Source of the DNA: Salisapilia sapeloensis CBS 127946
Lineage: Eukaryota > Protista > Oomycota
Reading direction: 5' to 3'
DNA length: 64,000 nt
Assembly: GCA_023334545.1 (NCBI GenBank)
Contig: JAADVB010000079.1
Span: forward strand, 6,212 to 70,211
The translations under genes were made by a program, and so were the position numbers. The first letter of the stretch is position 1, and each line of letters opens with the position of its first letter. The notes under the pieces are model-generated. The model was not told where the DNA came from, ran no database searches, and worked only from the letters and a program-made list of their open reading frames with translations. Positions 1 through 10,836 of this stretch are shown in pieces.

Positions 1-3000
1 TGGAATGTAGACTGTCCAAGAGGATCTTGGGTGTTTAATTACCCTGCGCAGATCGCTCTACTTGCGGGTCAGATCGTGTGGACGGAAGAAACGGAAGCCG
101 CACTAGAAGAGGCAGAAAATGGATCCGAAGATGCGATCAAGAGGTACTGGGATGTCTGCACCGTACGTCTTGAGCAGCTGATTAAGCTGGTACAGGGTCA
201 ACTCTCGGCTCTTGATCGTCAAAAGGTTATCACACTTATTACCATCGATGTCCATGCACGAGACGTTGTCCAGCATTTGCTTGTAGACAAAGTATCGAGC
301 AATTGCGCCTTTGAATGGCAGTCCCAACTGCGGTGCTACTCTGTAAATGCCATAGCGTCTCTTGGGGCAACACCTAAGCGGGACGTGCAAATCCGTATAT
401 GCGACTTTCAATCCTTGTACAGCTACGAGTATATCGGCAGCGGTGGGCGTCTGGTGATTACGCCGCTTACAGACCGCTGTTACGTGACGCTAACGACAGC
501 GCTTCGCCTCTGTCTTGGAGGTGCTCCTGCCGGTCCAGCTGGCACTGGGAAGACAGAGACAACGAAAGACCTGTCAAAAGCACTCGGGCTTCCGTGCTAC
601 GTCTTTAATTGTAGTGAACAGATGAACTATTTGACGATGGGGGAAATCTTCCAAGGTCTAGCACAGACGGGGGCTTGGGGCTGCTTCGATGAGTTCAATC
701 GTATATCGGTTGAGGTCCTGTCTGTTGTCGCTACCCAAGTACAAATAGTACTGGATGCAACATCCCAGCAGAAAAACATGCGTAAACGTGCTAGTATAAA
801 TTTTGGCAGCAGCGCAGAAAACTCGACCGAAGCAGCCTCTATGGTGTTTGCCACTCCCGCCGGTCAATGCAATTTCTTTGGCAAAACGATCAACTTGATT
901 CCAACGGTAGGACTATTCATTACCATGAACCCTGGATATGCCGGTCGAGCGGAACTGCCGGAGAATCTGAAAGCACTCTTTCGGTCTTGTGCAATGATTA
1001 AGCCTGATCTCCAGCCTATCTGCGAAAACATGCTAATGGCTGAAGGCTTTCTACAGGCTCGAGCACTCTCTTTTAAGTTTGTCGCGCTTTATGAACTTGG
1101 AAGTGAAATGGTTTCGGATCAAAAGCACTACGATTGGGGCCTACGAGCAGTTAAATCAGTCTTGCTCGTCGCAGGCGCAGCTCGACGCTTGCAACCAAAG
1201 GTGCCTGAATCCCGCGTGCTCATGCAAGTTCTGTATGACTTTAATATCCCGAGACTTCTTCCAGCAGATAGTACGATCTTCCTCGGCCTCCTCCAGGACC
1301 TTTTCGCTTCGACCAAGATGCAAGTCATCGCGAATGAAGAGTTGAGAGCAAAGTGTCAGGTCGTGTGCTCGGAACAAGTGTTGCAACCGGAAGATGGGTT
1401 CCTACGGAAGGTGTTGGAGCTGAATGAAGCCTTTCAGGTTCGACATAGCGTCATGCTCCTAGGAGCTGCTGGAAGTGGGAAAACGACAATATGGCAGTCG
1501 CTTGCAGCCAGTCATAATGTTGGTTGCCTGAAACCTGTTGCGGTCTACGAAAGTGTAAATCCGAAAGCCGTCACAGCAGATGAATTGTATGGATTTATGA
1601 ATTTAGATCACGACTGGAAGGATGGAGCACTTTCGTCGATTATGAGAAATATGACGACGGAGTCAGCCCCCTATCATTTAAACCAGCTCTACAAATGGGT
1701 CGTGTTAGACGGTGACATTGACGCTGTCTGGATCGAAAGTATGAATACCGTGATGGATGACAATAAGGTCCTGACGCTCGTATCGAACGAACGCATTCCA
1801 CTATCCAGCTCGATGCGACTCTTATTTGAGATCCATTCCCTCGTGAATGCAACACCAGCAACTGTATCAAGAGCTGGGATCATCTATCTCAACGAAAGCG
1901 ACGTCGGTTGGGCGCCTGCCATGGAATCTTGGCTGCAAAAGCGAGATAGTCAGAGTGAAGTTTCCATTCTTCCGAGTCTCTTTTCCAAGTACATTTATCG
2001 CTTTATGGATCTAATGAACGAATTCAGAGCCCAAAACTGCGTCCTGCTTCCTCCAATTGCAACCATTCAAACGCTCTGTTGCTACCTCGAGGCGCAACTA
2101 TTGCAACTTGATGAGTCTCAGAAGAGTCCGGATGTCCTTCACAATAGCTTTCTGTACAGCGCTTTGTGGGCTTTTGGTGGTGGTCTTCAGGATGATCCAC
2201 CTCAAGCACGAAAGTCCTTTTCGGCGCAATTCAAATCAATCGCCAAATTCAAGCTTCCGAATTCACCGAACTCTTCTAGATCGGAACAAGACACTGGGCT
2301 ATCCGGTGATCCCAATGCATCTATAGGTGACCAAGACCTTTTCGATTGGTACTATGACTGTGCTACAAACGAATTTCACCTCTGGCAAGACGATCTACAA
2401 AACGGCCTACCTGGATCGACCAACGCTGTCGATAGCATGTCATCGTCTTTGATCGTCCCGACCGTCGACTTTAAGCGCACGCAAAGCATGATAGGCCTGC
2501 TCTTATCTAACGCTTGTCCTGTACTGTTGGCTGGATATGTCGGTACAGGAAAGACAGCTCTTTTGCTTGACTTGCTCAAAAGTAAAGAGGAAGATGTTCC
2601 GTTCATTCATATTGCGATGCACCATTTTATGACTGCGAAAGACTTGCAGTTCCGATTGGAGCAGTATCTAGAAAAGCGTTCAGGCCGTAGTTATGGGCCT
2701 AGTGGATGTCCTCGATTGACTTTCTTTGTAGACGATATCAACATGCCTTGCCCAGAAACGTTCGGGTCACAGACAACGGGTGCACTATTGCGACAATACT
2801 TTGACTATGGAGGGTGGTACGACAGACATGATCTGTCAATGAAAAAGGTTATTCTCGACGTTTCATTTGTCGCGTGCATGAATCCTCACGCTACGACTTA
2901 CACGATGAACCCTCGTCTTTTAAGACACTTTGCTGTGCTCGCCTTGCCTGCACCAACAAAAAGTACCATGCAATCGATATATGCAAACTTGTTAGAGTTC

Positions 3001-6000
3001 TCCCTCCACGGCTTTGCTGACAAGATCAAACGGTTGGGCCAAGCGCTCATCTCCGCTTCGATCGACCTCCATCTCGACGTTTGCCGGCACTTTGCTCTGA
3101 CAGCAGATAAATTCTACCACGTCTTCTCCCTTCGGGACCTCAATCGACTCTTCGATGGACTTGCCATCGCTCGTCCAGAGACGTTTATGACAAATACGCT
3201 TAAATTCTCGAGACTTTGGCTTCATGAAGTCTATCGAGTCTACAGTGACCGTTTCTCAAGTCTAAATGAAGTCCAGCGATTCACGAGCATCGTGACGGAG
3301 ATCACGAAAAAGTATCTCGAGGAAGACCAAGCGCAGCTATTTGCAGACCCTTTGATTTGCGCTGGGTTCCTCGAGATGGATGCGAGAGCAATGAATGACG
3401 CGGGTGAGACCTTAAACTCTGCTTTAGTAAACTACGGTCCGATTCAAAATAAACAAGACCTGGTCAAGGCTGTACATGGAAAGCTTGAAGAGTTTAATGA
3501 GTCGCAGTCGGTGCTCAACCTAGTTCTGTTCGACCAAGCGCTGGAGCACGTTACTCGTATCGTTCGTATCATCTCTCAAAGCGCTGGACATGCACTACTT
3601 GTCGGTGTCGGTGGCTCCGGAAAGCAAAGTCTAACGCGATTAGCGGCGTTCATCTGTCAAGCGACATTGACAATGCTCCAAACAGGAACAGTTCCCAACT
3701 ACGCTCAAGCCGATTTAAAGGAAGAGCTGAAAGACTTATGTCGCAAGGCTGGTGTGCGACCTGCCAAACCTGTTGTGCTTTTAATTTCCGACTCTCAAAT
3801 CCTCACAGAAGTATTCCTTATCCCATTGCATGAACTGCTCATGACAGGACAAGTCAGTGACCTCTTTTCCATGGACGATATGGATGTTATTACCGGATCG
3901 ATACGGGTCGAGGCGAAAGCACGAGGTATTCCGGATTCCAAAGCAGACCTCCAGGCCTTCTTTTGGGCAAGAGTAAAGGAAAACGTGCGCATTGTTCTTG
4001 CCTTGTCTCCTGTAGGGGCTGATCTGCGCGAAAGATGCCGCAAATTTCCTTCTTTGATACATTGCTGCACAATCGACTGGTTCCACGCATGGCCAAAGGA
4101 GGCTCTTATCGAAGTGGCAAGCCAGTTTCTGCAAGACATGGACCTGTCAACATCCGTTATACAAGAGAACGTGTGCCATCACATGGCTGCTGTGCACTTG
4201 TCCGTGCAGTTCGCAAGCACTTACTACGCCAAGACCGTCGGGCGCTATAACTACGTCACACCAACGTCTTTCCTAGAACTAATCAATTTCTATCGTGCTC
4301 TGCTAGCAGACAAGCGTCAGAATCGCGAGCGTCAAATGCAGAGACTGGAAGTGGGTTTAGCTACGCTAAGAAAAACGGCGAGAGATGTTTCCAAGTTGCA
4401 GGAAGAACTGAAAGCCACGATGAAAATCGTCGAGCAAAGGAAACTAGCAACGGACGAGCTGTTAGAAGAAATGGGAAAGCAACGAGGAGAAGCAGAGGTC
4501 AAGCGCAAGAGAGCGGACGAAGAGCGGGCAAAGGCTACTCAAGCAGCAGACACAGCATCAAGCATCGAAGCGGAAGCAGCGACGGAGCTAGCGGCTGCGA
4601 AGCCAGCTTTGGAAGGTGCTCAGCAGGCAGTCAACTGCCTCAACAAAGCGTCATTGACAGAGCTGAAGTCGATGGGGAAGCCACCTGCTGGCGTTGACCG
4701 AGTTACTGCGGCCGTCTTGATGATGGTGAAGGGTGAGACGCGGAACTTTAGTTGGGACAACGCCAAGAAGATGATGGCTCGAGTGGATCTGTTTAAGCAA
4801 TCGCTAGAGCAATATGACAAGGAACACATTCCATCCGATGTCGTGTCGAGAGTCGAAGCTTTGATTTCAGAGGATCCTAACTTTACCTATGAGAAGATGA
4901 AGACGCGGTCCGTAGCAGCAGCAAATCTTTGTGTGTGGGTTATCAACATCATCTCCTTCCATCATGTCTATTCACGAGTAAAGCCATTGATGGACAAGCT
5001 GGAGGAAGCAAAGCAGAGTAAAGCAGAGGCAGATAAAGAGCTAAGTATCGTGCAAGGACTTGTTGCTGAAGTGGAACGGCACTTGGCGACACTACAGGCA
5101 TCTTTTCGAGAAGCCACGAATGAGCGAGCAAAGGTAGAAGCAGAGGCAAATGCCTGTCAGATACGTCTGCAGTTGGCGGAACGTCTGGTGAATGGATTAA
5201 GTACAGAGAATGAAAGATGGAGCAAAGAGATGGAAGTGTTGAAAACGGGAGAAGAAGCTCTTATCGGAAATACGTTACTGTCTGCAGCATTCGTCAGCTA
5301 CGCTGGTGCGTTTGATGCGAACTTCAGAGGCCACCTGTGGAAACGTACATGGCTGCCTGATATCCTCATCCGAGAGATCCCCATCGCGCTAGATGACTAT
5401 CAGAGGCAACATGTTCTTGCAAATGCGAGTGACGACTTGCAAAATGGCAATGAAGCCGACTTGGATGCACTGAAAATGCAGACAGGAAGGTACGATGAAA
5501 GTGTAGATGACGAAGACGCGAGACCGAAGGCGGTGGAACAAGACCAAGACTTTGGTGTAGTGGATCCAGTTGCAATGTTAAGTGATAGCGGATCTGTTGC
5601 TCAATGGATGAATGAAGGCCTTCCATCAGACCGGATATCCGTAGAGAACGGTTGCATCGTTGCGGCTTGCTCCCGATGGCCTTTACTAGTAGATCCGCAG
5701 CTCCAAGGCATTACATGGCTGCGTGGTCATGACTTTAAGGCATCAAATACTGATCCTGCAGCATCTTCACTAGTCGTCGTGAACTGCTCTCAGAAGAATT
5801 GGTTAAGAACGATTAAAAATGGCATTTCGAACGGACAGAAGATCTTGTTGGAAAGCTTGGACGAAGTCATCGATCCAGCTCTGGAACCGATTTTAATGCG
5901 ACGCATGCATCGAAAAGGACGTAGCTTGCTGCTACGATTCGCATCCGACGAAATTGAGGTCGATCCGAACTTCCGACTCTTCCTCCATACGAAGCTTTCG

Positions 6001-9000
6001 AATCCTCATTACCGACCTGAGGTACTCGCTTACTGCACGCTCATTGACTTTTGCGTGACAGAGCAGGGTTTGGAAGACCAAATACTAGCGAATGTGGTGA
6101 ATTTGGAGCAGCCGAATCTGGAGCTTGAGAAACAAAAGCTTCAGCAGCAGTTTAACGACTACCAGATACAGCTTCGACAGCTCGAGTCGGAATTGCTTGA
6201 AAGGCTGGCGCATGCTCCTGATGACATCCTTTCCGATGTTGTCTTGATCGAGAGCTTGGAGCAGACCAAGGCTGCGGCGAATGACGTGACGACGGCGTTG
6301 ATCAAAGGGAGAGCGACCGAGCGGGAGCTGAATTTGGCACGCGATGTCTACAGACCAGTTGCGAACGAAGCAAGTATGACATACTTCCTCATGAATCAAC
6401 TGTGCAAAATCAGCCACATGTACCGGTACTCGCTGGAAACATTTATGACGTACTTTTGCGTCGCGATGGACAGTGTTAAACAATCCACGGACGAGGATCA
6501 AGCACCATCCGATGCGACAACAAGTGAAACTAATGGCTTGTCGGAGCGAGAGTATGAGGTCGCTGTGGCCCGTGTCCCTCTTTTGATTCAAGCCCTACGC
6601 TGGACCATGTACGAAATGGTGTCAAGAGGTCTCATGGAAGAGCACAAGCTCATCTATCTTTTCCAGCTCGTGCTTGTGCTATTACGACGCAAAGTTATCG
6701 GGGAGACTAGTGGGTTTACGGAAAACCATGCTCGGTTCCTTCTTCAAAGCCCAAAATCGGTCGGCTCCGAGAACACGATTCAGTGGCTGAGTGAAGCGCA
6801 GTGGCAAAGTCTCCAAGCTTTGTCGTCTCTAGACGGCTTCGAACGCTTCGTCAACGACCTCGAAGAGTCTGAAGCTCGCTTCCGAGAGTGGTACAACTCG
6901 CCTCATCCAGAGACCGAAAAGCTTCCGTTGGACTGGAGAGAGCTTGACAAGACATCACCGTTTTGGAAACTGTTGGTCGTCAAAGCCATGCGTCCAGACC
7001 GAATGACACAAGCGATTTCGAATTTCATCGGAGCCGTGCTTCCGGACGGGTCAGAGTACTTGAACTGTGATGATGAGCTAAGCCACTTTGCCGTGCTGCA
7101 AAGTTCCTTCAAGGAAAGTAAGCCATGGATACCCATGTTCTTTGTCATGTCCTCCGGCTCCAACGTCGTCGGAAATGTGGACCATCTAGCTCTGTCCGAT
7201 AACGGACGCATTCGCTCTGTCGATTATCATAGTCTTTCGCTTGGTCAAGGCCAAGAGCTCATGGCGATGGATCTATTGCAGAGAGGGATCGAAGCCGGAC
7301 ACTGGGTGCTGCTAAATAACATTCATTTAATGCCGAGTTGGCTCAAAGAGCTGGACAAGTGGTTGGAGCAAGTCGCAAAGATCGGTTCAAGCCCTGTTTC
7401 GGGACTAGACGCTTTGCCTAGCAGAAGAGCAAGTAGTGCAAGAAGAAGTCGAGCAGTGTCGGTATCCGTGGCGACCATCCCGTCGATCCATCCTGACTTT
7501 CGGTTGTTCGTAACGAGTGATCCGTCTCCTCTGATTCCGATCGGACTACTAGAAAGGTCGATTACGCTTATTAGTGAGCCTCCAACTGGTCTGAAAGCGA
7601 ATGTAAAACGCAGCTTTTGCTCTTTTGCGTCCGAAGAATTTGACGAGTTGGAGGCGCGTACTCGAGTGATTTTGTTCGCACTCTGCTACTTCCACGGCCT
7701 CATGTTGGAACGAGGCAAGTTTGGTGCGATCGGATTCAATCGAAAGTATCCGTTTGCGCAAAGCGATCTATCGGCAAGTGCTACGCTCATTACGACCTAC
7801 ATGGATAGCGTGCCAGCTCATATTCCGTGGCAAGACTTGCGGTATTTAGTCGGAGAAATCGTGTACGGTGGACACATCGTCAACGAACGCGATCGAGTCG
7901 TCGCCATGACGTACTTGACATACTATTTACGTGATGAACTCTTCGAGGAGCTCAATATGATCCCATATGCTGATGATTCGAGCCACCGAAGAGGAAATGC
8001 AGACGAATCGCTGCATAAAGTTGAGTTTATCGCTCCAAAGCTATCTTTTACTTTTGAAAAGATGCTGGATCATATCGATCGGTCTCTCTCGAATGAAACA
8101 CCCGAGTCGTTCGGGATGCATCCAAACGCCGAAATCGTTTTCCGAACTGCGCAAGGTGAAAAGTTGGTTCAGACAGTATCCCTGCTGTCGAGTGCAAGCA
8201 GTCGATCAGCATCAACGAGGTCTGGAAGTGAAGATGCAGTAAAGATGGTTGCCGAAGGGATGGTGCAGGATATTCTCGATAGCTATCGTGAAGTACGGTT
8301 CGACGTCCCTGATACAATCAGCTTTTCCACGAAAGAGGATAGTCGTGAAAGTGGATCGAATGACGTTGACGAAGTCGATCCATTCCATACTGTCGTAACG
8401 CAAGAATGCAGATGCATGAACTTACTGCTGCGGACGATGACACGGAGCTTGTTAGAGCTCGAGCAAGGGTTAAAAGGAGAGATTACTATCACCGATTCGA
8501 TGGATGATATGCAAAACTGCTTGTACCTAGACGTCGTACCTCGTCAATGGGAGAAAGTGGGGTTCCCGACGCAAAAGTCACTGGGTCAGTGGCTCATCAA
8601 CCTACAGCAGCGTATCGTTCAGCTTCAAGAATGGTATGGAATGGCTCCGGACTTGCCATACTCGATATGGCTGCCGGGACTCTTCCATCCGCAGTCGCTG
8701 CTCACGGCAGTGCTGCAAACCTCCGCGAGGCGAAATGAGGTCGAGCTGGACAAGCTAGAAATTGCCCCGGAGATTACCAAGCGTGCACTCGAGGCTGTTG
8801 ATTCTCCGTCGAGGGATGGACTGTTCGTCCATGGGTTATGGCTAGAAGGTGCTCGGTGGGACGTTGGTGGTGGTGTACTGGAACGTGGTCAACCGAAGGA
8901 GATGGCAGTCCCAATGCCAGTGATAAATATTCGAGCAGTGCCAGCAGCAACGGCGGAGGATGGATCTAGCAGTAAGAAGCCGCGAGTGGCAAACTCGTAT

Positions 9001-9126
9001 GAGTGTCCTGTTTTTCAGACACAGGAGCGAGGTGAAACATACCTGTTCTCTGTACCTCTACGGACAAAGGCTCCACCTGCTAAATGGATACTGGCCGGTG
9101 TAGCACTCGTGTTGGAGATAGCTTAA
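1..9126 (+). CDS. Axonemal dynein heavy chain, outer-arm beta type (DNAH9/11/17-like); 5'-partial, motor domain through C-terminus
   Basis: Frame open from base 1. P-loops GPAGTGKT (AAA1), GAAGSGKT, GYVGTGKT, GVGGSGKQS; CFDEFNR, FITMNPGYAGR, stalk/MTBD coiled coil, C-terminal W-LAGVAL. The YPAQ..QIVWT and RQKVITLITIDVHARDVV motifs suggest the beta outer-arm class. Confidence 0.95.
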   Translation, partial: WNVDCPRGSWVFNYPAQIALLAGQIVWTEETEAALEEAENGSEDAIKRYWDVCTVRLEQLIKLVQGQLSALDRQKVITLITIDVHARDVVQHLLVDKVSSNCAFEWQSQLRCYSVNAIASLGATPKRDVQIRICDFQSLYSYEYIGSGGRLVITPLTDRCYVTLTTALRLCLGGAPAGPAGTGKTETTKDLSKALGLPCYVFNCSEQMNYLTMGEIFQGLAQTGAWGCFDEFNRISVEVLSVVATQVQIVLDATSQQKNMRKRASINFGSSAENSTEAASMVFATPAGQCNFFGKTINLIPTVGLFITMNPGYAGRAELPENLKALFRSCAMIKPDLQPICENMLMAEGFLQARALSFKFVALYELGSEMVSDQKHYDWGLRAVKSVLLVAGAARRLQPKVPESRVLMQVLYDFNIPRLLPADSTIFLGLLQDLFASTKMQVIANEELRAKCQVVCSEQVLQPEDGFLRKVLELNEAFQVRHSVMLLGAAGSGKTTIWQSLAASHNVGCLKPVAVYESVNPKAVTADELYGFMNLDHDWKDGALSSIMRNMTTESAPYHLNQLYKWVVLDGDIDAVWIESMNTVMDDNKVLTLVSNERIPLSSSMRLLFEIHSLVNATPATVSRAGIIYLNESDVGWAPAMESWLQKRDSQSEVSILPSLFSKYIYRFMDLMNEFRAQNCVLLPPIATIQTLCCYLEAQLLQLDESQKSPDVLHNSFLYSALWAFGGGLQDDPPQARKSFSAQFKSIAKFKLPNSPNSSRSEQDTGLSGDPNASIGDQDLFDWYYDCATNEFHLWQDDLQNGLPGSTNAVDSMSSSLIVPTVDFKRTQSMIGLLLSNACPVLLAGYVGTGKTALLLDLLKSKEEDVPFIHIAMHHFMTAKDLQFRLEQYLEKRSGRSYGPSGCPRLTFFVDDINMPCPETFGSQTTGALLRQYFDYGGWYDRHDLSMKKVILDVSFVACMNPHATTYTMNPRLLRHFAVLALPAPTKSTMQSIYANLLEFSLHGFADKIKRLGQALISASIDLHLDVCRHFALTADKFYHVFSLRDLNRLFDGLAIARPETFMTNTLKFSRLWLHEVYRVYSDRFSSLNEVQRFTSIVTEITKKYLEEDQAQLFADPLICAGFLEMDARAMNDAGETLNSALVNYGPIQNKQDLVKAVHGKLEEFNESQSVLNLVLFDQALEHVTRIVRIISQSAGHALLVGVGGSGKQSLTRLAAFICQATLTMLQTGTVPNYAQADLKEELKDLCRKAGVRPAKPVVLLISDSQILTEVFLIPLHELLMTGQVSDLFSMDDMDVITGSIRVEAKARGIPDSKADLQAFFWARVKENVRIVLALSPVGADLRERCRKFPSLIHCCTIDWFHAWPKEALIEVASQFLQDMDLSTSVIQENVCHHMAAVHLSVQFASTYYAKTVGRYNYVTPTSFLELINFYRALLADKRQNRERQMQRLEVGLATLRKTARDVSKLQEELKATMKIVEQRKLATDELLEEMGKQRGEAEVKRKRADEERAKATQAADTASSIEAEAATELAAAKPALEGAQQAVNCLNKASLTELKSMGKPPAGVDRVTAAVLMMVKGETRNFSWDNAKKMMARVDLFKQSLEQYDKEHIPSDVVSRVEALISEDPNFTYEKMKTRSVAAANLCVWVINIISFHHVYSRVKPLMDKLEEAKQSKAEADKELSIVQGLVAEVERHLATLQASFREATNERAKVEAEANACQIRLQLAERLVNGLSTENERWSKEMEVLKTGEEALIGNTLLSAAFVSYAGAFDANFRGHLWKRTWLPDILIREIPIALDDYQRQHVLANASDDLQNGNEADLDALKMQTGRYDESVDDEDARPKAVEQDQDFGVVDPVAMLSDSGSVAQWMNEGLPSDRISVENGCIVAACSRWPLLVDPQLQGITWLRGHDFKASNTDPAASSLVVVNCSQKNWLRTIKNGISNGQKILLESLDEVIDPALEPILMRRMHRKGRSLLLRFASDEIEVDPNFRLFLHTKLSNPHYRPEVLAYCTLIDFCVTEQGLEDQILANVVNLEQPNLELEKQKLQQQFNDYQIQLRQLESELLERLAHAPDDILSDVVLIESLEQTKAAANDVTTALIKGRATERELNLARDVYRPVANEASMTYFLMNQLCKISHMYRYSLETFMTYFCVAMDSVKQSTDEDQAPSDATTSETNGLSEREYEVAVARVPLLIQALRWTMYEMVSRGLMEEHKLIYLFQLVLVLLRRKVIGETSGFTENHARFLLQSPKSVGSENTIQWLSEAQWQSLQALSSLDGFERFVNDLEESEARFREWYNSPHPETEKLPLDWRELDKTSPFWKLLVVKAMRPDRMTQAISNFIGAVLPDGSEYLNCDDELSHFAVLQSSFKESKPWIPMFFVMSSGSNVVGNVDHLALSDNGRIRSVDYHSLSLGQGQELMAMDLLQRGIEAGHWVLLNNIHLMPSWLKELDKWLEQVAKIGSSPVSGLDALPSRRASSARRSRAVSVSVATIPSIHPDFRLFVTSDPSPLIPIGLLERSITLISEPPTGLKANVKRSFCSFASEEFDELEARTRVILFALCYFHGLMLERGKFGAIGFNRKYPFAQSDLSASATLITTYMDSVPAHIPWQDLRYLVGEIVYGGHIVNERDRVVAMTYLTYYLRDELFEELNMIPYADDSSHRRGNADESLHKVEFIAPKLSFTFEKMLDHIDRSLSNETPESFGMHPNAEIVFRTAQGEKLVQTVSLLSSASSRSASTRSGSEDAVKMVAEGMVQDILDSYREVRFDVPDTISFSTKEDSRESGSNDVDEVDPFHTVVTQECRCMNLLLRTMTRSLLELEQGLKGEITITDSMDDMQNCLYLDVVPRQWEKVGFPTQKSLGQWLINLQQRIVQLQEWYGMAPDLPYSIWLPGLFHPQSLLTAVLQTSARRNEVELDKLEIAPEITKRALEAVDSPSRDGLFVHGLWLEGARWDVGGGVLERGQPKEMAVPMPVINIRAVPAATAEDGSSSKKPRVANSYECPVFQTQERGETYLFSVPLRTKAPPAKWILAGVALVLEIA

Positions 9127-9194
9127 GAAAGGAGAATCAAGGGAGAATACAGCTTACGTTCATGCCTTTCTATATTTCCTATGACACGATCTTC

Positions 9195-10164
9195 TCACAG
9201 CCAGTCATCATCTTCGAGACCAGCACCGGTATGTATCGTTGGTCCACCTTGTTTCAAGAAGGGCTGCAAGATAGTGGATGGGACAAAGGCAACATGGTTC
9301 TCGAGCGCCTTTTGCATTCGTACAGTTGGATCGTCCACGTCAGTTGAAGAGACAGGAGGTACAATCCCTTCGATAAGTCCAGCGCACTCGCCGGAGAGAT
9401 TAACTGCTGCACCACCACACATACCTTCTTCTAGAACTTCGCGACTGGATGAAAAAGCTTGGTTCTGATCGCTCATACCGACATAGTTACCCGGAACGTC
9501 CTTTGGAGCTTGTCCTACGCCATCCTCTGTTTCGTCTTCTGCTTCTTCAAACTGACGATGACCCGAGAATATGAGCGTATCGCCAGGTTGCTGTGCATTC
9601 GTTCCTAGTACGAGGGGCTTGAGATGAAACTCATTTGCGTACTCGTTCCATGTTTTGCTGTTTCCGATAAAATCTTCACTAGGATCATCTCCTAGTGACA
9701 GCATAGCAACATCACGCTCCGGGTGAAGAGTGACATGCTTTTGCAGTGGTAGCTCCATTAACACTTTAATGCGTTCATGTGGCCCGTTGTAAGATGATGG
9801 TAGTTCTAGGAGCTGGAGCGAATGGCACACAAACTCTTCACTCACGTGCTGTAGCCAGTCCCACTTGTCTGCAAAGTAAGTTGGAAACCGCCAAGGACAG
9901 GCTACATGTTGACAAGTGAGCACTCGTAAGTTGTCGAAATCGACTGTATCATCGTTATTGGCATTGCTATCAGTGGCTGCGTTGACAATAAAGGCAGACC
10001 CACTACGACCACGAGACACAAAAGCATTAATTTAGAGCCATTACCTTACATGTTATACAGCATGCTTACCGACTTAGATATTCCAAACTTTCCATGCCTT
10101 CATGGGGCAATCGAAAGCGTGTTGTGAAGGATAAAACAGCGTGTCTACCACGAGCTGCAGCCAT
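9195..10164 (-). CDS. Trypsin-fold (PA clan) peptidase-like protein with Cys at the nucleophile position; 2 exons (10164-10070, 10002-9195)
   Basis: A 67-nt GTAAGC..TAG intron (10069-10003) joins MAAARGRHAVLSFTTRFRLPHEGMESLEYLSR to GSAFIV. Motifs LTCQHV (His), RDVAML (Asp), EGMCGGAAV (Cys). Confidence 0.65.
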
Positions 10165-10836
10165 TTGGTCGTATTGATCAATTCGTGTTTCGAGATGTGG
10201 ACCACGTGCTTTCGATCTAGATTATAGCTCCCACTTGACCTACAAACAAATTACAAATACATAGGGGAACAAAGTTATGATTTTTGCGTTTGGTATTAAA
10301 CAGGTGATCTCGTTAACTCTAAGCATGTTTGGGCTCCAATTGCCAATCTGTTCAAAGTTACAAATGGGCAGCTCCATTTGCTTACTTTTGTATGTTAAGA
10401 TGGAGTGGAAGTTGCCGTCTGAAGTGTCGCTTCTCTGCTTAAAATAATTCCAAGCCACCTAACACGCTAAGCTTTCTTTCACCAGTCACATCGGCAGGAG
10501 AACCCAATAGGATTTCACGGGATTTAAATCTAAATAAATTCTTTGTCTAAAAAGTATTAAAGCCACCTCAAAAGGTTTCTTGAATTTGTGTTGAGCATGA
10601 TCAAAAATCGTGCGTAGAAGTAAGCATAAGCAAAGCTTCCATCTAAGCAGGTTTTTAGTTCCTTTGATGCCTAATGCGAATTCATTCACATTATAATGAT
10701 CTAATATTAACTTAGACTTTGTAACGATAGAAAGCCGTTGTATTTGCTCGTGGAGTCACACCGATGCCTTCGATTTCGTTCATAAGACAAATTTCTTCAT
10801 CCAGCAAACGGCACATATACCAACAATAGCAAAGTC

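Noticed and set aside
10180-10800. Small minus-strand ORFs between the Cys-trypsin gene and the channel
   Set aside because: AT-rich, would require implausibly short introns; more likely a divergent promoter region.
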